In this document: positions 51,978 to 60,218 of the stretch, piece after piece
How the letters are laid out: every line of letters begins with the position of its first letter
Position numbering within the stretch: the stretch's first letter is position 1
Origin: an uncultured Desulfohalobiaceae bacterium
GTDB lineage: Bacteria > Desulfobacterota > Desulfovibrionia > Desulfovibrionales > CAZUBS01
NCBI GenBank assembly: GCA_964594925.1
Contig: CAZQOG010000001.1
Span: 3,239 to 67,238, forward strand
Direction: 5' to 3'
Length of the DNA: 64,000 nucleotides
Translations under genes and position numbers: made by a program
The notes under the pieces: generated by a model
Told to the model about the DNA's origin: nothing
The model's input: the letters and a program-made list of their open reading frames with translations, nothing else
The model's database searches: none

Positions 51978-53471
51978 TCACGCACCATGCGGCCCTTCCA
52001 ATTCCCTCACGAACTCCTCGTTTTCCAAAAGTGAAAGCCAGGTCCGGGTCAGATCGCGGTCCCACTGCTTTCCGGCCCCTTCGGCCAGGATGGCTTTGAC
52101 CTTGTCAGGATCCATGGCCTTGCGGTAGGCCCGGTCCGAGGTCATGGCCTCGTAGCTGTCCACCACGCTGACCAGCCGGGCCAGGTAGGGGATGTCCTCA
52201 CCGGCCAGGCCTTCCGGGTAGCCGTGGCCGTCAATGCGCTCATGATGGTGGTAGATGATCAGCAAAATGTCCTGCAGGGTGCCCACCTTGGACAGGATGT
52301 CCCTGCCCACGGCGGGGTGCTTCTTCATGACCTCGTACTCGTCCGCTTCCAGTCGGGAATCCTTGTTCAAGATGTGGTCCGGCACCCCGATTTTGCCGAT
52401 GTCGTGCAGCACGCCGGCCGTATAGAGCTGGTCGAGCTCACTCTGCTCCAGCCCGAGATGTCTGCCCAGGGCCGTGGCGTAGTGGGCCACCCGTTCGGAA
52501 TGCCCCCTGGTATAGATGTCCTTTGCCTCCACGGCCTGGGCATAGGAGCGGATCACGTCCATGGTCATCTCGCGCATCTGGCCATAAAGGCGGGCGCTCT
52601 CGATGGAGGTGGCCGTGTGGGAAGCGAACACGGTCAGCAGCTGCAGGTCCGAGGTGGTGTAGAGGTTCTGCTCGCCTTCGCGGATGAGCACCACCACCCC
52701 CACGACCTTTTGCTGCTGGTTGTACATGGGCACGACCATGAGCGAGTGGCTGAGGGGCTCATCCACAAGGAAGGACAGGTCGTTGTCGGCATTGACCACG
52801 TAGGGGTCGACCAGCTTGGAAACCCGTTTCTTGAGCACCAGCTTGATGACCCTGCTCAACCAGGGCCAGACCTTGGAGTTGTTGCGCAGGTTCGTCCCGT
52901 GCACCGAGACCGACTTGAGCCCTGTCCGCCTTTCACCGTCGGCAACATACAACCCCACCCCGTCCGGGGAGAAGTTGCGCTGCAGGTGGAAGATGAACTC
53001 GTTGAACAGGGAGGTCAGGTCGAGCTGGGTGTTCAGGTCCTTGGTCAGGTTGAGGATGCGCACCAGGTTGCTCAGGTTCTTGCGCTCGGCCCGCTCCCTG
53101 CGCTCCTTGAGGACCTTGTCCACCTTGAGCAGCAGGTGGTTGATGTTGAAGGGCTTTGGCAGGTAGTCCGCAGCCCCCATTTTCATGCTCTCCACCGCGG
53201 TCTCGATGGTCCCGAACCCGGTCATGATCAAAAACTCGACGTCGATCTTCTCCTTGCTGATGCGCTGCAGCAGCTCCAACCCGTTGAACACGGGCATGCG
53301 CAGGTCCGAAAGCACCAGGTCCATGGCGTTTTCGTGCAGGAAATCGAGGGCTTCCTTTCCGTTTTTGGCCTGGTGGACCTCATACCCGGCGTCCTCCAGG
53401 GCGTCCTGGCAGATCTCGCGCAGGCTGACCTCGTCGTCGACCACAAGAATTTTGGCTTGGTTCTGGTTCAC
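51978..53471 (-). CDS. REC + GAF + HD-GYP response regulator (putative c-di-GMP phosphodiesterase, RpfG-like)
   Basis: 497 aa. ILVVDDEVSLREI...DLVLSDLRMPVFNG; central GAF-like region; HSERVAHYA...LHDIGKIGVPD...HHERIDGHGYPEGL. Confidence 0.9.
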   Translation of the reverse strand: MNQNQAKILVVDDEVSLREICQDALEDAGYEVHQAKNGKEALDFLHENAMDLVLSDLRMPVFNGLELLQRISKEKIDVEFLIMTGFGTIETAVESMKMGAADYLPKPFNINHLLLKVDKVLKERRERAERKNLSNLVRILNLTKDLNTQLDLTSLFNEFIFHLQRNFSPDGVGLYVADGERRTGLKSVSVHGTNLRNNSKVWPWLSRVIKLVLKKRVSKLVDPYVVNADNDLSFLVDEPLSHSLMVVPMYNQQQKVVGVVVLIREGEQNLYTTSDLQLLTVFASHTATSIESARLYGQMREMTMDVIRSYAQAVEAKDIYTRGHSERVAHYATALGRHLGLEQSELDQLYTAGVLHDIGKIGVPDHILNKDSRLEADEYEVMKKHPAVGRDILSKVGTLQDILLIIYHHHERIDGHGYPEGLAGEDIPYLARLVSVVDSYEAMTSDRAYRKAMDPDKVKAILAEGAGKQWDRDLTRTWLSLLENEEFVRELEGPHGA

Positions 53472-53652
53472 GTGGTGATCTCGCCTTCTGAAGACGTGGA
53501 TGGAAAACGGGTATTATCCGTACCGATATATGACTCGCATGTAAATTAAACGAATTACTGCATAAACCGCGCCCTGACAATATTCAAAAAAGTTCAATGA
53601 TCCAGCTTGCCACGAAGCAGGAAAAAGACTAATTATCTTTGGCTTCAAACAA

Positions 53653-53730
53653 CGGGATGTGGCTCAGTCTGGCTAGAGCGCTGCGTTCGGGACGCAGAGA
53701 CCGCGTGTTCGAATCACGCCATCCCGACCA
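53653..53730 (+). tRNA. tRNA-Pro: tRNA-Pro (anticodon CGG), CCA encoded
   Basis: Acceptor CGGGATG/CATCCCG. D arm GCTCAGTCTGGCTAGAGC. Anticodon stem CTGCG/CGCAG with loop TTCGGGA. T arm GCGTGTTCGAATCACGC. 3' ACCA. Confidence 0.9.
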
Positions 53731-53738
53731 GGTCATTC

Positions 53739-53778
53739 AAGGGGTTGCGCGAACATGCCGTGACCCCTTTTTCTTTTC
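53739..53778 (+). terminator. possible intrinsic terminator after tRNA-Pro
   Basis: GGGGT...ACCCC stem (53741-53745 / 53763-53767) with a long loop, followed by TTTTTCTTTT. Confidence 0.4.
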
Positions 53779-54125
53779 TCCAGCCTGCTTTCAGCCACCC
53801 CGATTTTCTGTGCTTTTGTCCCTGAATCCCGTCAAAAAAGCCCCTTTTCGCTTCGCACGGCCTGTGGCGTTCCCGGCCTAAGGCAATGGACAGCCAACTG
53901 CCATGGTTACAGGGCATCGGCTGGGGCCAAGGCCAGGCTTCCCCCATGGCTCGGTCACCCGTTTTCGTGCGACCGGCTCAAAAAACCATTGGTCTCTGAA
54001 CATCTTTCCACTGTGATACGGTGTTGACAAACCAGGGTCGACTTGCTCTCCTCATATAAAAGGTATCTTCTGAGCAGAGCACCAAAGTTGGGAAAACAAC
54101 GGTTTAGAATGTTTTACGAGGAGAG

Positions 54126-55256
54126 ATGATCATGCGTTTGCTCGCCCTGACCAAAATATTCACACCCTTGATCTTGCTTTTGTTTGTTTCACCAGTCCTT
54201 GCCCAGGAAGTCGAGCTGGTCAAAAAAACCGACAACTTCTGCCTCTTTTTAGACCAATCCAGCTCCATGAAATGGGATTACGAGGACCAGGGCATGAAAA
54301 TCGCCCTGGCCAAAAAAATTCTTGCCGACATCAACCGCAGGATACCGGAGTTGGATTACAATGGCGGCCTCTACACCTTTGCCCACTACTCTGAGCTGCT
54401 GCCCTTCAAAAGCTACAACCAGAGGGAAATGGCCACGGCAATTGACGGGATCGATACTGAATACTCCGGGCTGTTCAGCCTTCGGAACACACCCATTGGA
54501 TGGGGGCTTGAAGACTTGCAGCCCGCATTGTCCACACTTCGCGGCAGGATAGATCTCATCCTGATCACGGACGGAGGACAGAACATCGGCACCGACCCTG
54601 TCCGGATAGCCGGGAGCATGGCCCGTGAGTACGGTGACAGGCTGTGCATCCATGTCGTCAGCCTGGCCCAGAGCCCTGCTGAACAAAGTGTCACCACCGC
54701 CCTGAGCCAAATCACGCCGGATTGCAGCGTGTCCGTCACCGCGGCCGATCTTCTGTCAGAGAAAGAGCTGGAGAAGTTCGTCGAGGACGTCTTTTTTGAA
54801 CGACGGACCGTGTCCGCGCCCGCTCCGGCCGAACCCGAAGAACCTGTGGAAGAACCTGTTGTTGAGGAACCCACGGAGCCTGCCCCGGTGCCTGAGGAGA
54901 AGCCCGCAATGGAGCCGGAGATCATCGCGCTCCAGCGTGTCCACTTCGATTTCGACAAGTCGTTCATCAAGCCCGAGTATGTGCCGGTTCTGAACTGCGC
55001 AGTGTCCGTGCTCGAGGACAATCCCGATGTCGAGGTGCTCATCCAGGGACACACCTGCAGCACTGGAACTGAAGAGTACAATCAGGGACTGTCTGAACGC
55101 AGGGCACAATCGGTCAAGAACTACCTGGTCAAACACGGGATTGCCCCCGAACGGCTGGAAACCATCGGTTACGGCGAGAGTCGTCCGCGACACGACAACT
55201 CCACCCCCGAGGGTCGGGCCAAAAACAGACGGGTGGAGCTGAACGTCAAGCACTAA
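54126..55256 (+). CDS. secreted vWA-like + OmpA C-terminal (peptidoglycan-binding) domain protein
   Basis: 376 aa. Signal peptide MIMRLLALTKIFTPLILLLFVSPVLA. N-terminal LFLDQSSSM (vWA MIDAS-like DxSxS). Pro/Glu-rich linker. OmpA_C motif RVHFDFDKS...GHTCSTGTEEYNQGLSERRA...NRRVEL. SD GAGGAGAG. Confidence 0.85.
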   Translation: MIMRLLALTKIFTPLILLLFVSPVLAQEVELVKKTDNFCLFLDQSSSMKWDYEDQGMKIALAKKILADINRRIPELDYNGGLYTFAHYSELLPFKSYNQREMATAIDGIDTEYSGLFSLRNTPIGWGLEDLQPALSTLRGRIDLILITDGGQNIGTDPVRIAGSMAREYGDRLCIHVVSLAQSPAEQSVTTALSQITPDCSVSVTAADLLSEKELEKFVEDVFFERRTVSAPAPAEPEEPVEEPVVEEPTEPAPVPEEKPAMEPEIIALQRVHFDFDKSFIKPEYVPVLNCAVSVLEDNPDVEVLIQGHTCSTGTEEYNQGLSERRAQSVKNYLVKHGIAPERLETIGYGESRPRHDNSTPEGRAKNRRVELNVKH

Positions 55257-55299
55257 CAGTCCTCTGTCCCGAACATATCACTGTCTTGAATTTAGAGAT

Positions 55300-55326
55300 G
55301 GGGGGCGGCTGAGCCGCCCCCTTTTA
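55300..55326 (+). terminator. intrinsic terminator
   Basis: GGGGGCGGC-TGA-GCCGCCCCC perfect 9-bp GC stem followed by TTTTA, about 45 nt after the stop. Confidence 0.8.
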
Positions 55327-55442
55327 CCTTGGTACCAAATCCCTTAAGGTCATAAGATACAAAATGGCTGCCGGTGAAGAGCGTTCTGCACGATACAAAT
55401 GATTTGAGAAAACTTTTTTGCCTGAAACTAGTGAATTTTCAA

Positions 55443-55657
55443 GGCTCTTGGACGTTTGTGTGGAATTTTTAAAGATTCGTGTAGAGGCATTTTATCATTT
55501 AATCGCCAGGACCATGCTTACTTCAAAGTCATTCCCGCCTGCGCGGGAATGACTTACCGATAAAGGGTGCCAAGATTGAAACATTTTTACTTGATACGTA
55601 AATATCGTTCAAATTCGTGGATGCAACACTAGTATTCCACACAAACGTCGAAGAACC
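55443..55657. repeat. nested composite: GGTTCTTCGAC-type inverted ends enclosing a GTCATTCCCGC hairpin
   Basis: Ends are GGCTCTTGGACGTTTGTGTGGA (55443-55464) and TCCACACAAACGTCGAAGAACC (55636-55657), 20/22 complementary. Centre is a perfect 13-bp hairpin AAGTCATTCCCGC-CTGC-GCGGGAATGACTT (55526-55555). Confidence 0.8.
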
Positions 55658-55674
55658 ATTTATAAAGGAGCAAC

Positions 55675-57030
55675 ATGAGCATCGACTCCTGGGTCGACGA
55701 TGCAACTGCCGGGCTGCTGACCGACCTGTACGAGCTGACCATGCTCCAGGCTTACTGGCAAAAGGGCATGCACGACGAGGCCGTGTTCAGCCTGTTCACC
55801 CGCAAGCTGCCGGCCGGCCGCAACTACCTGCTGGCCTGCGGCCTGGACGATGTCCTGCGCTACCTGGAAAACCTGCGCTTCGACCAGTCCTGTCTGGAGG
55901 CCCTGAAGAAGCTGGAGCAGTTCTCGGACGGGTTTCTGGACTGGCTGGCCGATTTCCGCTTCAGCGGTGATGTCTGGGCCATGGCCGAGGGCACTCCCTT
56001 TTTCCCGGATGAACCCATCCTGGAGGTCCGCGCGCCCATCGACCAGGCCCAGCTGGCCGAGACCTTCATCATGAACCAGGTCCACCTGCAGACCGTGCTG
56101 GCCTCCAAGGCCTCCCGCATGGTGACCGCGGCCGGCGACAGGGCCGTGGTCGACTTCGGCCTGCGGCGCATGCACGGCACGGATGCCGGGGTCAAGGCGG
56201 CGCGTGCCTTCCACATCGCCGGGATCCACTCCACCAGCAACGTGCTGGCGGGTGCTGCCTACGACATCCCGGTCTCCGGCACCATGGCCCACAGCTTCAT
56301 CGAGGCCCACGACAGCGAGATGGCCGCATTCAGGGACTTTGCTTCCGTCTACCCGAAGACCATCCTGCTGGTGGACACCTACGACACCCTGGATGGGGTA
56401 CGAAAGGTCATCGATCTGGCCCACGAGTTGGGGGACGACTTTCAGGTCCGGGGCGTCCGGCTTGACTCCGGCGATCTGGCCGACCTGGCCGTCACATCCC
56501 GCCGGCTGCTGGACCAGGCGGGGCTCGACCAGGTCTTGATCTTTGCCAGCGGCAGCCTGGACGAGCAGCGCATCGCTGAGATGCTCGCCACTGGCGCCCC
56601 CATCAACGGGTTCGGCGTGGGCACGCGCATGGGGGTGTCGGCTGACGCCCCCTACCTGGACATGGTCTACAAGCTCACGGAGTACGCGGGCAAAGGCCGG
56701 CTCAAGACCTCCTCGGGCAAGCAGACGCTCCCGGGCCAGAAGCAGGTCTTCCGTCAGGAGGAAAATGGCCGGGCCGGGCGCGACATCGTGGCGCAGCACC
56801 ACGAGTACCACCCGGGAAGGCCCCTGCTTGGCAAGGTCATGGAGAACGGCACGCGGCTGGAGGCGGGAAAGGTTTCAGTGGGTGCGGCCAGGGAGCACTG
56901 CCACAACGAGCTGTCGCGCCTGCCCGGCCGCCTGCTGGCCCTGGAGCAGGCCGCCCCCCCCTACCCGGTCGAGGTCAGCGACCACCTGGCCCGCAAACGG
57001 GACGAGGTCAGGGAGCGGGTGAAAAAGTAA
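55675..57030 (+). CDS. pncB: nicotinate phosphoribosyltransferase
   Basis: 451 aa. LLTDLYELTMLQAYW N-terminal motif, GTMAHSFI, NAPRTase-family length. SD AAAGGAG. Confidence 0.9.
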   Translation: MSIDSWVDDATAGLLTDLYELTMLQAYWQKGMHDEAVFSLFTRKLPAGRNYLLACGLDDVLRYLENLRFDQSCLEALKKLEQFSDGFLDWLADFRFSGDVWAMAEGTPFFPDEPILEVRAPIDQAQLAETFIMNQVHLQTVLASKASRMVTAAGDRAVVDFGLRRMHGTDAGVKAARAFHIAGIHSTSNVLAGAAYDIPVSGTMAHSFIEAHDSEMAAFRDFASVYPKTILLVDTYDTLDGVRKVIDLAHELGDDFQVRGVRLDSGDLADLAVTSRRLLDQAGLDQVLIFASGSLDEQRIAEMLATGAPINGFGVGTRMGVSADAPYLDMVYKLTEYAGKGRLKTSSGKQTLPGQKQVFRQEENGRAGRDIVAQHHEYHPGRPLLGKVMENGTRLEAGKVSVGAAREHCHNELSRLPGRLLALEQAAPPYPVEVSDHLARKRDEVRERVKK

Positions 57031-57076
57031 AAAAACTACCCGCGGCTCTTCTCAAACCGCAAAAACAATAAAAAAA

Positions 57077-57100
57077 CCGGGAAATTCCCGGCCTTTTATT
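57077..57100. terminator. probable bidirectional intrinsic terminator
   Basis: CCGGGAAATTCCCGG palindrome flanked by A7 on the left and CCTTTTATT on the right. 47 nt after the pncB stop. Confidence 0.55.
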
Positions 57101-57141
57101 CGCGCCTCATTCGCGTGATTCACAGCAAAATTTCGTATTTT

Positions 57142-57517
57142 TGGTTCTTCGACATTTTGTGTGGCAATGACTGATATTGATCGGAAAGCTTCCATGTGAG
57201 ATCGGTGCTCCAATGTACCGTCATTCCGGCCCCCGCCTGTCCCGGCGTAGCTGGAAGCGAAGAGGGAAGCCGGAATCCATGCCTTTGTCCAGATGATCGC
57301 GAAAGGCATGGATCCCGGATCGAGTCCGGGATGACGATGGTGCTGAGCCTTCATTCCGCTGCCAAGCCGGAATCCTTGTCTTTGTTCTCAGATGGCTCTG
57401 AGCAAATACAGGCATGGATTCCAGATCAAGCCCGGAATGACTTGGCACAACTTCCGTGGGGAGTAGAACATCGACTTTTTCCCCACATCCGGAATTCCAC
57501 ATCAAACCTCGAACAAC
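57142..57517. repeat. composite: GGTTCTTCGAC-type ends enclosing a cluster of four GTCATTCCGG...CCGGAATGAC-type hairpins
   Basis: Left end GGTTCTTCGACATTTTGTGTGG (57142-57163). Degenerate right end TTCCACATCAAACCTCGAACAAC (57495-57517). Inside: GTCATTCCGGC..GCCGGAATCCATGCC, GGCATGGATCCCGG..CCGGGATGAC, TTCATTCCGC..GCCGGAATCC, GGCATGGATTCC..CCCGGAATGAC. Confidence 0.7.
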
Positions 57518-57525
57518 TAAGATTT

Positions 57526-57559
57526 TTGCTTCCAGCTTCCAGCTCCCAGCTTCGAGCTC
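57526..57559 (-). repeat. short heptad element (family A) in the relA 3' region
   Basis: The sense (minus) strand reads TAG CGCGCTTTGCGCGCA GAGCTCGAAGCTGGGAGCTGGAAGCTGGAAGCAA. Confidence 0.75.
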
Positions 57560-57574
57560 TGCGCGCAAAGCGCG

Positions 57575-59740
57575 CTAATGTATCCCTCGCCGGGACTCCC
57601 GGATGACCTCCAGCACCGGGGGCAGCTTGGTCAGCTTCTCGATGGTGCGGTAGAGGTGGTCGGTGTCGTTGACCTCGATGGTGATCACGTTCTCGCTGCG
57701 CCCCTCCACGTTGGAGTTGAAATGGCCCGAGTCGATGTTCACGTTCTCGGCCGCCAGTACCTTGCAGATCTCCAGCAGCACGCCCTTCTTGTTCTCCGAC
57801 AGAATCTTGATGGTGGCCGGAAAGGACTCCTTGGCCTCGCTCTGCCAGGAGACGTCCACCAGGCGTTCCGGCTCCATGCGCTGCACATTGCTGCAGTCCG
57901 CCGCGTGCACGGTCACGCCGCGGCCGCGGCTGATGTACCCGACGATGGGATCTCCGGGCAAGGGCTGGCAGCACTTGGAAAAACGGATCAGCACATTGTC
58001 CACGCCCTTGATGCTGATGCCCTCCCTGGCCCGTTTCTCCCCGGCGGCGGGCTCGGTTCGCTTCTCGCCCGAAGGGGCTTCGGCCTTCTCCCTGGGCAGC
58101 TCCTCCCTGGGCACGAGGCGGTTGAGCACCTGCTTGGGGGTGATCTTGGCGTAGCCCACCTGGGAGAGCAGGTCGTCCACGGTCTTGAAGGAGAACTCCG
58201 CGGCAATGGGCTCCAGGCCCCCGCTCTTCATGACCTTCTGGAAGTTGACCCCCATGCGCCTGCCCGCCTTCTCCAGCATCTCCCTGGCCAGGGCGATGCT
58301 CCTGGCCCTCTCCTCGGTCCGGATCCAGTGCTTGATGCGGGTCCTGGCCTTGGCGGTCTTCACGAACTTGAGCCAGTCCCGGCTGGGGGTCCGGGCGGGG
58401 TTGGTGATGATCTCCACCGTGTCCCCGTTCTTGAGCCGGGTGTCCAGGGGCACCAGCCTGCCGTTGACCTTGGCCCCGGAGCAGTGGCTGCCCACCTCGG
58501 TGTGGATCAGGTAGGCGAAGTCCACCGGGGTGGCGCCGTCCGGCAGCTCCTTGACCTCGCCCCGGGGGGTGAAGACGTAGACCTCCTCCTGGAAAAGGTC
58601 GAAACGCAGGGAGGACATGAACTCCCGGGGATCCTTGATCTCCTGCTGCCAGTCCATGATCTGCCTGAGCCACTGAAAGCGCTCCTCGTCCTTGGCCTTG
58701 AAACGGCTTCCTTCCTTGTATTTCCAGTGCGCGGCCACCCCGTACTCGTTGATCTGGTGCATCTCCTCGGTCCGGATCTGGATCTCGATGCGCTCACCCC
58801 TGGGTCCGATGACCGTGGTGTGCAGGCTCTGATACAGGTTTGCCTTGGGCATGGAGATGTAGTCCTTGAACCGGCCGGGAACCGGCTTCCATATGGAGTG
58901 GACAAGCCCCAGCACGGCATAGCAGTCCTTGACCGTGTCCACGAGCACCCTGAAGGCAATCAGGTCGTATATCTGATCGAGATTGAGGTGCTGCTGCTGC
59001 ATCTTGTTGTAGATGGAGTAGATATGCTTCTGTCGTCCGGCCACCTTGCCCTTGATCGCATTCTTGACCAGGATTTCATCGATCATCTCGGTGACGTGGG
59101 CGATGTACTCCAGGCCCAGGGTCTGGTGCTTCTTTATGCCCGCCTCGATCTGATTGTAGAGGTCGGGCTTGAGGTACTTGAGGCTGAGGTCCTCGAGCTG
59201 CACCTTGAGGCGGTAGAGACCGAAACGGTTGGCCAGGGGGGCGTAGATGTCCAGCGTCTCCTGGGCCACCAGCCGCTGCTTGACCGATTTCTGGAACCCC
59301 AGGGTGCGCATGTTGTGCATCCTGTCCGCCAGCTTGACCATGATGACCCGGAAGTCCTCGGACATGGCCAGCATCATCTTGCGGATGTTCTCGGCCTGCG
59401 CTTCCTGGCGGGAGGTGAAGCTCATCTTGCCGATCTTGGTCACCCCGTCCACGATCAGAGCCACATCCTCGTTGAACTGCTCCCTGACCTCGCTGATCTC
59501 TATGTCGGTGTCCTCCACTGTGTCGTGCAGCAGGCCGGCGGCAATGGTGGCTGCGTCCAGGCGCATCTCGGCCAGGATGTTGGCCACCTCCAGGGGGTGG
59601 GAAAGATAGGGCTCCCCGGACAGGCGCACCTGCCCGGAGTGGGCGGCGGCGGCATAGACGTAGGCCTTCTGGATGAGGGCCTGGTCCGGTGCCCCCAGAT
59701 AGGGGGAAACCTTGTCGATGATTTCGTTGATTCTGATCAT
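57575..59740 (-). CDS. relA: bifunctional (p)ppGpp synthetase/hydrolase (RelA/SpoT homologue)
   Basis: 721 aa. HD hydrolase (HPLEVA...LLHDTVEDT), synthetase (YQSLHTTVIGPRGERIEIQIRTEEMH), TGS and ACT regions. Confidence 0.95.
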   Translation of the reverse strand: MIRINEIIDKVSPYLGAPDQALIQKAYVYAAAAHSGQVRLSGEPYLSHPLEVANILAEMRLDAATIAAGLLHDTVEDTDIEISEVREQFNEDVALIVDGVTKIGKMSFTSRQEAQAENIRKMMLAMSEDFRVIMVKLADRMHNMRTLGFQKSVKQRLVAQETLDIYAPLANRFGLYRLKVQLEDLSLKYLKPDLYNQIEAGIKKHQTLGLEYIAHVTEMIDEILVKNAIKGKVAGRQKHIYSIYNKMQQQHLNLDQIYDLIAFRVLVDTVKDCYAVLGLVHSIWKPVPGRFKDYISMPKANLYQSLHTTVIGPRGERIEIQIRTEEMHQINEYGVAAHWKYKEGSRFKAKDEERFQWLRQIMDWQQEIKDPREFMSSLRFDLFQEEVYVFTPRGEVKELPDGATPVDFAYLIHTEVGSHCSGAKVNGRLVPLDTRLKNGDTVEIITNPARTPSRDWLKFVKTAKARTRIKHWIRTEERARSIALAREMLEKAGRRMGVNFQKVMKSGGLEPIAAEFSFKTVDDLLSQVGYAKITPKQVLNRLVPREELPREKAEAPSGEKRTEPAAGEKRAREGISIKGVDNVLIRFSKCCQPLPGDPIVGYISRGRGVTVHAADCSNVQRMEPERLVDVSWQSEAKESFPATIKILSENKKGVLLEICKVLAAENVNIDSGHFNSNVEGRSENVITIEVNDTDHLYRTIEKLTKLPPVLEVIRESRRGIH

Positions 59741-60218
59741 GTTCGTTTACTGACTGCCTTTATCTAATGGGCGTGTGCAGTGATAGCCGGTTCCGCCCCA
59801 ATATTCCAGCCGGGAGTGCGGGCCGTTCCCCGGCAGAAAAACAAGCCTTGCCGGGCCTGAGTGCCCCCATCTTCCATGTTGTGCGCTGTTCACACTATCC
59901 TGAACCGGGGAAACTGAAAAAATAGCCACGAATCGGAAGATTTCAAGGTTCACCTGATCCCTTCGCATCGTCCTGACGTTCCTCGGCAGGAAACAGATCG
60001 GGCCTGCGGATCAGGCGGGCTGGAGTTCAAAGCCTTCGTAACGAAAATGTAATGTATTACAGGAAGATAGGGGAAGCACCCCAGTTTGCCGCCCCCCCTT
60101 GCGGTGGAGGCGATTCTCATATATATAATCGTGCTCTTTGAACCGGTGCGTGTGGAATCAACACGGTTTTCCCATTTTTTCATCACGATATGAGAGTACC
60201 AAGAGAGACCTTTGCCCA

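Noticed and set aside
59741-60218. 478-bp divergent region between relA and the helicase gene examined for a small gene (e.g. rpoZ) or a known ncRNA.
   Set aside because: The two small ORFs (59747..59968 and 59950..60237, minus) have no recognisable similarity to omega or other small proteins. I could not recognise an SRP, 6S or riboswitch consensus by eye. Left unannotated.
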